From positions 29,885 to 93,884 of the forward strand of contig DATGLM010000064.1 in NCBI GenBank assembly GCA_035294125.1: DNA of 64,000 nt, in the 5' to 3' direction. The DNA comes from Ktedonobacteraceae bacterium. GTDB lineage: Bacteria > Chloroflexota > Ktedonobacteria > Ktedonobacterales > Ktedonobacteraceae. The translations under genes were made by a program, and so were the position numbers. The notes beneath the pieces were generated by a model. The model had not been told where the DNA came from. It searched no databases and saw only the letters and a program-made list of their open reading frames with translations. The first letter of the stretch is position 1. Each line of letters starts with the position of its first letter. Below, piece by piece: positions 27,816-36,237 of the stretch.

Positions 27816-28970
27816 CTAGAGATCCTGCAGGGCTAGCGTGACTGCCCCTACAATATTTGCCTCTGAACCAAGTTTTCCCTGAACAATCCGCACCGATTGC
27901 CCGACTCCCGGCATACACAGTTGACGAACGCGCTCTTCCAGCGGTTGCAGCAACAGGTCGCCTGCCTGTGCCACCTGCCCTCCCAGGATAATAACTCCCG
28001 GGTTAATGAAATGAACGATATTAGCCAGAGCAATTCCCAGATACGTATGCACATCGTCTACCACGTGCCGGGCAACGGCATCTCCCTGTGCGGCGAGCGA
28101 AAACACCTGTGCGGCGCTGATACGCTCGGCTCTGCCCCCGGTAACGCGACGAATTGCCTCCTCCGTCTCAGCATATTCGACCGAGAGGCCAATCATGGCG
28201 CGCACAATCGCTTGCGCTGATGCGATTGCTTCGAGATGTCCATAGCCACCACACGAGCATCTAGGTCCATTCTCTTTGACCAGCATATGTCCGATCTCTC
28301 CGGCAGTACCACTTATGCCATGATGTATCTTGCCATCAAGGATCAAGCCGCCGCCAATGCCGCGCCCCAGACCTACGTAGAGTAACCCTCGTTCGGCTTT
28401 GCGGGTTCCACCATCGATTTCGCTTCCCGCGCCATACTGCGCTTCCGCCAGCGCGGCAGCATTTGCATTGTTATCTATTATACAGGGTATATCAAGCCGT
28501 TCAGCTAAATAATCCTGTAATGGGAAATTATTCCATCCATGTGCATGGTGCAGCGTTTGCACAACGCCACTGCGCGTATCTACCAGTCCGCCGACGGCCA
28601 CTCCCACACGCAGGATGCGTCCGCCGTTGCCACCGGGAATGCGCTCCCCACGCGCGCGAACTATGACTTCATCGAGCATCTCGTCAAGAAGCGTCAGGAC
28701 GGTCGCGGGGTCCGGTACATAATCGAGCGGGCGACGCACGCGCCGTAAAATAGTGCCGTTTAAATCGGCCAGGGCGACAGATTGTCGCGAACCGCTGCCA
28801 CTGATCTCAATGCCGACGACATATCCCTGTGTAGCCAGTAAGTTCCCGGTCGTTCTCTGGAACTGGGTTCCCGCTTCTCGCCGGGTCAAAGCCCCGGAAG
28901 TTCCAGCCAGCGTTTCAGAAGTATGCTGTGTAGACACAATAACCGTCTCCTCTATCCGGTGCTGCTGCAC
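27816..28970 (-). CDS. ROK-family protein (sugar kinase or transcriptional regulator)
   Basis: 384 aa. ROK signature CSCGGYGHLE, glycine-rich motifs GIGGGLILDG and LGRGIGGG, and an N-terminal GIEISGSG ATP-binding motif. Confidence 0.75.
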   Translation of the reverse strand: MQQHRIEETVIVSTQHTSETLAGTSGALTRREAGTQFQRTTGNLLATQGYVVGIEISGSGSRQSVALADLNGTILRRVRRPLDYVPDPATVLTLLDEMLDEVIVRARGERIPGGNGGRILRVGVAVGGLVDTRSGVVQTLHHAHGWNNFPLQDYLAERLDIPCIIDNNANAAALAEAQYGAGSEIDGGTRKAERGLLYVGLGRGIGGGLILDGKIHHGISGTAGEIGHMLVKENGPRCSCGGYGHLEAIASAQAIVRAMIGLSVEYAETEEAIRRVTGGRAERISAAQVFSLAAQGDAVARHVVDDVHTYLGIALANIVHFINPGVIILGGQVAQAGDLLLQPLEERVRQLCMPGVGQSVRIVQGKLGSEANIVGAVTLALQDL

Positions 28971-29250
28971 GAAGGCTTACTCATCGATTGGTGCGGTCTA
29001 TTCAACTTCCTACAAGGATGTGTGGCGAAGTGTTTCAACACCATACCTCATACCTGCCCAGGTGAAGTACACGCCCCATCCAGACAGCGGCATAAGTATA
29101 CCATATCGCAGGAGATACGCAAAGTACGATAGGATGCACGTCTTAGTTTCGCTGCGCAGGCATAGCAGGAAAGAGAAAAGCTACTTGCATTGACCTTCCT
29201 CTGTTGCTACAATAGCAGCAGGAACAGGTTTACTAGCGGGAGATTGCTTT

Positions 29251-29793
29251 ATGGAATCATCTCTGGCACAGGGACAGGGCCAGAACCAGGATGAGAGGCG
29301 GGCGCCTGCCCAGGCTCAGGGCCAGGTATTTATCGGGCCGGGCTTGAGCGTATTCAAGCGCGTCGTGACCATAATCGGCGTGCTGATCCTGGCAGCGATT
29401 GTCGTAGTGATCGCCATTCACCAGGGAGCATCAGCCCTCGGCAGTACTATCGTGGCTATCCTCTTTATCCTCGGCTTCGTGATGTACCTGCGCATCATCG
29501 CACCCGTGCCGTTCACGATTACGCTGGAGCCGGATGCACTGGTCAAACGGAGCCGCAACGGGGAAATCATTACCGTAGCATGGGTTGACCTGACACGCAT
29601 CAAAGAGGAGTTCTTCCCCAACGGCAAGCGTATCAGCATTACCGCCTATCGCAGGCCGAGCGCACCCGGCGAGAAAACGAAGGCCTGGGCCGTCTACCGC
29701 GACGACGTGACCGATCTCGACGCCCTGGCGGAAACGCTCAAACAAACCATCCCCCCCACCTGCGAATGGCATAGCGAAACAGTTCACGATTGA
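29251..29793 (+). CDS. Hypothetical membrane protein (two TM helices plus a C-terminal PH-like soluble domain)
   Basis: 180 aa. TM helices VVTIIGVLILAAIVVVIAI and IVAILFILGFVMYL. No catalytic motif. Confidence 0.5.
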   Translation: MESSLAQGQGQNQDERRAPAQAQGQVFIGPGLSVFKRVVTIIGVLILAAIVVVIAIHQGASALGSTIVAILFILGFVMYLRIIAPVPFTITLEPDALVKRSRNGEIITVAWVDLTRIKEEFFPNGKRISITAYRRPSAPGEKTKAWAVYRDDVTDLDALAETLKQTIPPTCEWHSETVHD

Positions 29794-30110
29794 TTGACTG
29801 CTGAAAGCAAGGGAAGGCAACCACCAGTCCTGTCGCCCTCTCCTGCTTCTGAGGCTTATCCATTCGATCTGATTGTTGACATGCAAAATCAAGTGCTCCG
29901 CATCTTGCTGAGGCATTCCCGATCATCGGTTTATTCAAGAACAAGCGCCGCAAATGCATAAGTCAGCGGCAAGAGAACTTGCTTCTGCTTCCTGTAAAAG
30001 AGAATGTGCGAAATAGTGCTCCGCCACTTTTGTCATACGCAAAACCTCGCAAGGGAGTATCTATCTGTGATTATTGTGTTCTCATACTCACATTTTGTAA
30101 GTAGCATCGC

Positions 30111-30139
30111 TTGCGTTAGGGTAAGAACCATGCTATACT
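30111..30139 (+). promoter_or_regulatory. Candidate sigma70-type promoter upstream of the HxlR-family regulator
   Basis: TTGCGT-(17 nt)-TATACT sits in an AT-rich 450-bp intergenic region. Confidence 0.3.
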
Positions 30140-30244
30140 GTACTGTACATAATGTTATAGTTAGTGGAATTGAGTGCGATCTCCTGGTAGAGAGAGCAAG
30201 AAACAGACACCGGTCAGGTTTTGACCGGGAATGGCAGGCGAATT

Positions 30245-30640
30245 ATGGCAACGAGGCCAAAAGAAACAGCAGAGACAACGGCAGCAGAGGAATACAGAAT
30301 GTGTCCACGCTACGAGCATGCCATACAATTGCTGGGCAAGCGTTGGACGGGTTTGCTCCTGGATACGCTCATGACCGGCCCCAGGCGGTTTTGCGAGCTG
30401 ACCTCGGCGGTGGAAGGACTTTCCGACCGCGTACTGAGCGATCGGCTGCGTGAGCTTGAGGCTGAGAATATTATCGAGCGCGTGGTGTACCCGCATATTC
30501 CTGTGCGCGTGGAGTACCGGCTGACCGAAAAGGGGCGCGCCTTGCGGCCCGTGGTTGAGACAATCCACGAATGGGCAGAGCGCTGGATCCCTCTACCGGC
30601 GGATTCTTCCACAACTGCTACAGATCACAATGACGTGTAG
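30245..30640 (+). CDS. HxlR-family (MarR-like winged-helix) transcriptional regulator
   Basis: The motif CPxxxAIQLLGKRWTGLLLDTL...FCEL...SDRVLSDRLRELE...EYRLTEKG is typical of HxlR/YtcD-type regulators. ATG at 30245; the track starts at an upstream TTG. Confidence 0.75.
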   Translation: MATRPKETAETTAAEEYRMCPRYEHAIQLLGKRWTGLLLDTLMTGPRRFCELTSAVEGLSDRVLSDRLRELEAENIIERVVYPHIPVRVEYRLTEKGRALRPVVETIHEWAERWIPLPADSSTTATDHNDV

Positions 30641-30664
30641 CGGGTAGTGTGCTATACTATCCAC

Positions 30665-31192
30665 ATGGAACATCTCTGGGCTCCCTGGCGCATGAACTAT
30701 ATCGCGCCCAAAACACCTCAGTCACAGATACAAGAGTGCATTTTTTGCGTGAAAGCGGCGGAAAACCGCGACGCGGAGAACTATATTCTCCATCGCGGTG
30801 AGCGCTGTTTTATGCTACTCAACCTGTATCCTTACAACAATGGCCACCTGATGATTGCACCGTACCAGCATGTTGGCTCTATCGAGCAGCTTGATGCGGA
30901 GACGCTGGCGGAAATGATGGCACAGACGCAACTGGCCTTACGCGCCCTGCGCAAGGCAATGGGTCCCGATGGCTTCAACATGGGTATCAACATGGGCAAA
31001 GTTGCCGGAGCCGGGTTCGCCGATCATGTTCACATGCACATCGTGCCGCGCTGGAACGGCGATACCAACTTCATGCCCGTCCTCGCTGACGTAAAAGTCA
31101 TGCCTGACTTCCTTGAGAATACCTGGCAGCAGCTCAAGCAGGCCATTGAGGAGGTGCAGCAGGAAGATCAGGTTAACCGCCTCGCGCCGTGA
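30665..31192 (+). CDS. HIT-family (histidine triad) hydrolase
   Basis: The WAPWRMNYI N-terminal box and histidine-triad motif HVHMHIVPR are present. It starts 25 nt after the HxlR stop, which suggests co-transcription. Confidence 0.75.
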   Translation: MEHLWAPWRMNYIAPKTPQSQIQECIFCVKAAENRDAENYILHRGERCFMLLNLYPYNNGHLMIAPYQHVGSIEQLDAETLAEMMAQTQLALRALRKAMGPDGFNMGINMGKVAGAGFADHVHMHIVPRWNGDTNFMPVLADVKVMPDFLENTWQQLKQAIEEVQQEDQVNRLAP

Positions 31193-32828
31193 GGTCGTCG
31201 TCGGGCGGCGGTTGGCGCAGCCAGTCGACCTGAGTCGGCCCGCTCAGGTTTTCGGAAATATCGCCGTCCTCACCATCCCCATCATCCCCACCATCCTCAT
31301 CATATTCATCATTGTAGGAAAATTCGGCACTGGCGCTGATCAGATCCTCGTAATATTTGGCGCGGGCGTAGAGGTTACTTGCCGCTCGTGCCGCGTCGAA
31401 CGGGAAATTCTGACTCTTTACCGGGTCTTGCGCGATGTCCTCAAAGTTTCTTGCAATACGCCTGATCGTTTCAGGATCCTTAATGACTCCGCTGCGCACC
31501 GCATCGTATAACTTCTTATTGGGATCCGTATCTACCTGTGTTTGCGCTACCTGTGTTGCCGCTGTCGGTGCTGCTGGAGGTGGCTGTGGCACACTTGCGC
31601 TTGCAGCAGGAGCGCCGTTTTGTCTTTGAGGAGGGGTGGGAGCGACCCGGGTTGTGCCAGGGCGCGAGGATGACACGGAATTTGCTGTACTGGCTGCGCC
31701 GACGATTCCAGCCCCTCGCGCCGCGCCCGTTCCCGCTCTTACCGTTTCCACATGATCAAAGTGAGGCAGCGGTACCACATCGTGAATGGTTGCCCAGTTA
31801 ATTTGTACGCCCCAGGGCGCTGCCTGCTCCTGCATCAATTGCAGCAGGCGAGCATTCATGCGGCCCCAACCTGGAGTCTTCTCCTCTGGTGGCCCGGCAT
31901 GTGTGTCGCTAACAGCGTTCGGGTCCGGGCGGTTACCTGCTCCTGACTGCCAGGGGTAGAAATCTTCTGGCTTGAATTCCCTGGCGATGTTTTGCAGGGT
32001 AGCGCGGAAACGGTCTTTCAATTGTTGCTCCCATTCATTGACATACTGCACCGTCAGGTGAGCATCTTCGGGGATAATCTCGTAGGCAATAGTCCCGGCC
32101 AGCGAGAGATCCTCGTTGGGAGACATACGCACTATTTGCTGCGGACATGTCCATTGTGACTCACGGGTATCAAGGGTGAAGGTTACACGCTCCCAGGGTG
32201 GCAGAAAATGCAGCCCTGGTGGCAGGGTGCGCAGGTACTTGCCAAAGGAATAGACGAGGCCTACATGCCCTTCCTGCACGAATTCCTTGCAAATCCAGGC
32301 AATAACGAGACAGACAACAATCATGATACCAAGCGTGATTAAGCTTGCAGTTGCGCCATCGAGTGCAAAGAAGAGAACCGGTGGAAAAAGCACGAATCCC
32401 ACCAGCAAGCTGAGAAACCACAGCTCAGCATTGGAACCGGAATAGTAGAGCATCATGCCCTGCAACACAGCCATGGCCAGCGCGATCAAGCCAATAGCCC
32501 ACAGTTCACTAACAGCGAGGCCATGCTGTCCCGCGCTATGTACGGAGAGAAACAGAAAAGCGAGAAGAAGTGTCACTATGGCAAACAGGAATGGAATAAG
32601 AACGAAAGAGAATTGCCGGGCCAGCAGGCTTATGGCACCTATTGGGTTCATACTTGTGCCTGCATCACCATCACCATTCCCATCTTCGTCTGTATCAAAA
32701 TACGCGTCCAGTACGGCAGGGTCCAGTTCCTGCGCGCTCTGCTGCTGCACCTGCTCCTGCTGCGCAGGGGGTGCATTACCAGCCACGCCCATAGGCGGGC
32801 GCGATTTCGGTTCCTGGGATTCTGGCAT
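31173..32828 (-). CDS. SPFH/band-7 domain membrane protein with acidic N-terminal and Pro/Ala-rich, acidic C-terminal regions
   Basis: 551 aa. Four or five N-terminal TM helices, then an SPFH-like core (QEGHVGLVYSFGKYLRTLPPGLHFLPPWERV), then a low-complexity Pro/Ala/Gln tail ending in an acidic DEDGGDDGDGEDGD segment. Confidence 0.65.
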   Translation of the reverse strand: MPESQEPKSRPPMGVAGNAPPAQQEQVQQQSAQELDPAVLDAYFDTDEDGNGDGDAGTSMNPIGAISLLARQFSFVLIPFLFAIVTLLLAFLFLSVHSAGQHGLAVSELWAIGLIALAMAVLQGMMLYYSGSNAELWFLSLLVGFVLFPPVLFFALDGATASLITLGIMIVVCLVIAWICKEFVQEGHVGLVYSFGKYLRTLPPGLHFLPPWERVTFTLDTRESQWTCPQQIVRMSPNEDLSLAGTIAYEIIPEDAHLTVQYVNEWEQQLKDRFRATLQNIAREFKPEDFYPWQSGAGNRPDPNAVSDTHAGPPEEKTPGWGRMNARLLQLMQEQAAPWGVQINWATIHDVVPLPHFDHVETVRAGTGAARGAGIVGAASTANSVSSSRPGTTRVAPTPPQRQNGAPAASASVPQPPPAAPTAATQVAQTQVDTDPNKKLYDAVRSGVIKDPETIRRIARNFEDIAQDPVKSQNFPFDAARAASNLYARAKYYEDLISASAEFSYNDEYDEDGGDDGDGEDGDISENLSGPTQVDWLRQPPPDDDLTARGG

Positions 32829-32949
32829 GATCGCACTGCCTCCCTCTCAAACAGAGAAATTTAAATAAATGCCTCTATTGTCAGGAATGCCGGTTCGCCC
32901 AGGCATTCTCCTGTACCCTCTTTGTGCTCTCAAGCGCGAGATTTCTTTA

Positions 32950-34008
32950 TTATTTTGTGTCAAATTGCCCGCTCATTTTGCGTTTAACGCCGCAGGAGCC
33001 GCAGCCGCCGCTGCCCGTGTCGCCACAACCTCTGGCGCCGCAGCCACCGTCCTTCCCGCCGCCACAGGTGCAAGAGCTTTTACCACAAGCGCAGCCGCCA
33101 CCCTGGTTCCCGCTTCCACCCTTGACACTGCAGGCATTGCACCCCTTTTTCGTGCTTCTCTCACTGTCCGTCTCGTAATGTAGCGGTATCTGGATGGTGA
33201 CACCGCTTTCCAGCATTACCTCAACCGAATTTTTCGGTACGTTGATTGAAACGACCTTGCCGGGTCCGCTCGGTGTATTGAGCATCGTGCCGATTTGTGG
33301 CATGGACTGTTTCGCCTGAATATAATTTTCGTTTTCGTATGATAGGCAGCAGAGCAAACGCCCACAGACACCGGAGATTTTCGCCGGGTTGAGCGGAAGT
33401 CCCTGCTCCTTTGCCATTTTAATCGAGATCACGCCAAAATCAGCAATCCACGAGCTACAGCACAGAGCTTTGCCGCAAGGTCCCAGACCTCCCTGGAGCT
33501 TTGCCTGATCGCGTGCTCCTATCTGCCGCAATTCGATGCGCGTGCGAAACTGGGCGGCGAGATCGCGCACAAGGGCGCGAAAATCAACGCGCTCATCCGC
33601 CGTAAAATAAAAAGTCAGGCGGCTGCCATCGAACGTATATTCGGCCTCTATCAGTTTCATGGGCAGGTGGTGCTCCGCCACGCGCTCGGCACAGCGTACC
33701 AGCGCATCCTTCTCCTTGCTTTTGAAGGAGAGCATCATGCGCAGTTCATCTTCGCTTGCCAGACGCAGCACAGGCTTGAGCGGATCGCTGAGATCGTTTT
33801 CGGCTATCTTTTTCGAGGCAATAACGACCCGTCCGGCCTCGACCCCTCGCACCGTCTCAACGATCACATATTGCCCATTTGCATAGGATTGTCCCTGCGG
33901 ATCAAAGTAATAGATACGTCCCGCCGGGCGAAAACGGATACCTACAACGATTACGACATTCTCTGTTTCCGTAGCCGCTGACATCACAATAGAATCTTTA
34001 CTAGACAA
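32950..34008 (-). CDS. PSP1 C-terminal domain protein (RicT/YaaT-like) with an extra Cys/Gly-rich C-terminal tail
   Basis: 352 aa. The PSP1 core contains the conserved GPCGKALCCSSW and GVCGRLLCCLSYE cysteine motifs. An additional ~60-aa tail, KGCNACSVKGGSGNQGGGCACGKSSCTCGGGKDGGCGARGCGDTGSGGCGSCG, follows. Confidence 0.75.
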   Translation of the reverse strand: MSSKDSIVMSAATETENVVIVVGIRFRPAGRIYYFDPQGQSYANGQYVIVETVRGVEAGRVVIASKKIAENDLSDPLKPVLRLASEDELRMMLSFKSKEKDALVRCAERVAEHHLPMKLIEAEYTFDGSRLTFYFTADERVDFRALVRDLAAQFRTRIELRQIGARDQAKLQGGLGPCGKALCCSSWIADFGVISIKMAKEQGLPLNPAKISGVCGRLLCCLSYENENYIQAKQSMPQIGTMLNTPSGPGKVVSINVPKNSVEVMLESGVTIQIPLHYETDSERSTKKGCNACSVKGGSGNQGGGCACGKSSCTCGGGKDGGCGARGCGDTGSGGCGSCGVKRKMSGQFDTK

Positions 34009-34043
34009 GGGAAAAGGGGGGCTGCGCTGCCTCCCTTTCCGGC

Positions 34044-34655
34044 TTACATCTCGTTGGTCAGGAGAATAGCTTCCGCCACTTCACGCATGGACTTGCGGTT
34101 GTTCATGCTGGCCTTCTGTATCTTGCGAAACGCTTCCTGTTCGCTGAGACCCTGCTTCTCCATCAGGAGTCCCTTCGCGCGCTCGACGACCTTGCGCGTC
34201 TCCAGTTGTTCGCTCAATGTGCGGGCCTTCTCCTCCATAGCACGGAACTCGTTGTAGCGAGCCAGTGCCACTTCGATTGCCGGGGCAACTTCGCTTTCCC
34301 GTAATGGCTTGACGATGTAGTTGACGACACCGGCCTCCTTCGCACGCTCGACCAGCGGCTGATCGCCAAAAGCCGTCAGCAGCAGGACAGGAGCTATCTT
34401 CTCCTGTGTCAATGTCTCGGCGGCTGTAATACCGTCCATGTCGGGCATACGAATGTCCATAATCACCAGATCGGGCCTCAGCTCGCGCGCCAGATTGACA
34501 GCACTCTGTCCGTCACCGGCTTCTCCCACGACCAGGTAGCCCTGTTTCGTCAATACATCTTTGAGATCCATGCGCTGGATCGTCTCGTCGTCAGCAATAA
34601 TGATACGGGTTGGCATCGGCATTACCTCTTGTATGATGAATCCTCTCTGCATCAC
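34044..34655 (-). CDS. ANTAR-domain response regulator (REC + ANTAR RNA-binding antiterminator, AmiR/NasT-like)
   Basis: REC domain (RIIIADDE...LVIMDIRMPDMDG...LLLTAF...VNYIVKP) followed by an ANTAR helix bundle (RKVVERAKGLLMEKQGLSEQEAFRKIQKASMNNRKSMREVAEAIL). Confidence 0.8.
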   Translation of the reverse strand: MMQRGFIIQEVMPMPTRIIIADDETIQRMDLKDVLTKQGYLVVGEAGDGQSAVNLARELRPDLVIMDIRMPDMDGITAAETLTQEKIAPVLLLTAFGDQPLVERAKEAGVVNYIVKPLRESEVAPAIEVALARYNEFRAMEEKARTLSEQLETRKVVERAKGLLMEKQGLSEQEAFRKIQKASMNNRKSMREVAEAILLTNEM

Positions 34656-34771
34656 TTACCATCCATAGCCCTGCTGCCACCGATTCGCTGTGTGATGCTA
34701 GAACAATAAAGAGTATATCATACTCCTGAAAGAAATTACATAGGTTGATTTTCTGCTCGAAAAATCATGAC

Positions 34772-35845
34772 TCACGCCACATACGTCAGTTCCGTCTTCC
34801 CATTCATGAGCTGCGCCAGCAGCCTGGTGTCGCGAATGATGGTTTGCAATTGATCAGGTGTAATTGATTGACGGCCATCGCAGAGCGCGCTATCCGGCTC
34901 GGGGTGAACTTCGAGAATAAGACCCTCTGCTCCAGCGGCGATGGAGGCGCGGGACATAGCGGGAACCAGTTCGCGCCTGCCCGTGGCATGGCTGGGGTCA
35001 ACGATAATCGGCAGATGAGTCAATTCGTGCAGCAGGGGAACGCAAGAGAGATCGAGCAGGTTGCGCGTCTGGGGGTCGAAGCTGCGAACGCCACGCTCAC
35101 AGAGGATGACGCGTGGGTTACCAGCCACCACGATGTACTCCGCCGCCAGTAGCCATTCCTCAATCGTCGAGGCCAGTCCGCGTTTGAGCATGACGGGCCG
35201 CTGTCTGCTATTGCGTCCTGCGGCCAGCAGGAGCGGAAAATTCTGCATATTGCGACTGCCAATTTGCAAAATATCCGCGTATGCGGCGACAGTTTCGACC
35301 ATCTCTGGCTCCATGACCTCGGTAATCACGGGCAGCCCGGTCTCCTGGCGCGCTTCGGCCAGCAGTTCCAGACCCGCGACGCCCAATCCCTGGAACTGGT
35401 AGGGCGAGGTACGCGGCTTGAAAGCGCCACCCCGCAGTATCTGCGCCCCTGCTGCCTTCACCGCCCTTGCTGTTGAGAGCAGTTGTTCGCGATTCTCAAC
35501 CGCACATGGGCCTGCCATGATGACCGGAGAAGCGTTCTCACCGCCAATGATCATCGGCGAGATGCCACGATCCTCCCCGATGACGACGCTGCTCTGCTCT
35601 GCCTTGAAGGCGCGACTCACCAGCTTGTAAGGGGTGGGAATGGAAGTAACTTTAGCTACGGCTCTATGCTGGCGCAAGATGTGGGGGGCCTGCGGATCGC
35701 ACTGCTTGCTTTCCAGGCAGATCACCTCGTGCCCATCGATCTTTATGGCGCTGATCGGACGATGACTGTTGGAAAGCTGGTTGAGCAGGGACAGTAAATC
35801 GCCGCGTAAACTGCTGTCGGCATCGCTGTTAATGGTGATAATCAT
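34772..35845 (-). CDS. aroG: 3-deoxy-7-phosphoheptulonate (DAHP) synthase, type I-beta, with N-terminal ferredoxin/ACT-like regulatory domain
   Basis: Motifs [19 protein letters not shown] and a C-terminal [10 protein letters not shown] are present. The likely ATG is at 35845 (MIITINSD...) with an AAAGGA Shine-Dalgarno; the track ORF starts at TTG 35884. An ~85-aa N-terminal extension precedes the TIM barrel. Confidence 0.8.
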   Translation of the reverse strand: MIITINSDADSSLRGDLLSLLNQLSNSHRPISAIKIDGHEVICLESKQCDPQAPHILRQHRAVAKVTSIPTPYKLVSRAFKAEQSSVVIGEDRGISPMIIGGENASPVIMAGPCAVENREQLLSTARAVKAAGAQILRGGAFKPRTSPYQFQGLGVAGLELLAEARQETGLPVITEVMEPEMVETVAAYADILQIGSRNMQNFPLLLAAGRNSRQRPVMLKRGLASTIEEWLLAAEYIVVAGNPRVILCERGVRSFDPQTRNLLDLSCVPLLHELTHLPIIVDPSHATGRRELVPAMSRASIAAGAEGLILEVHPEPDSALCDGRQSITPDQLQTIIRDTRLLAQLMNGKTELTYVA

Positions 35846-35882
35846 GACTCTGTTCCTTTCTGCTTTACAAGATTGAGCAAAC

Positions 35883-35975
35883 AAAAAAGCAGAGGTTTTA
35901 TCCTCTGCTTCTCCAGCATGCTGGTGGTCAATTTTTGCTCAGCTCAACGAGCCCACCATCATGCTGGAGGGCTAA
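35883..35975 (-). promoter_or_regulatory. 5' leader of the DAHP synthase gene containing a 15-bp hairpin followed directly by an intrinsic-terminator-like hairpin (putative transcription attenuator)
   Basis: Minus-strand RNA: CCAGCAUGAUGGUGG-(25 nt)-CCACCAGCAUGCUGG, then GCAGAGG-AUAAAA-CCUCUGC-UUUUUUG, which ends ~38 nt before the start codon. The leader is ~300 nt long. Confidence 0.45.
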
Positions 35976-36237
35976 ACCAATAATAAAAGCTAAACCGGTT
36001 GTAACGTTGTTCGCTAAGCATCTGTTTTGTTTGCTCTATTCTGCTTTTTCGTACCCGACTCTGTTACCGAGCCTACAAGGTACTTACATGCTATAAGTAT
36101 AGGCAGAAGAAATACGCCTGTCAAGGCTTGTAGGACCTTTTAACAGAGCTATTCAAAAATGTATGTCATCGGCGCGGCTTCAAGAAATACGAGAGCGGAA
36201 ACGGCACGCACGCCGTTTCCGCCCTTTTCTATCCCTG

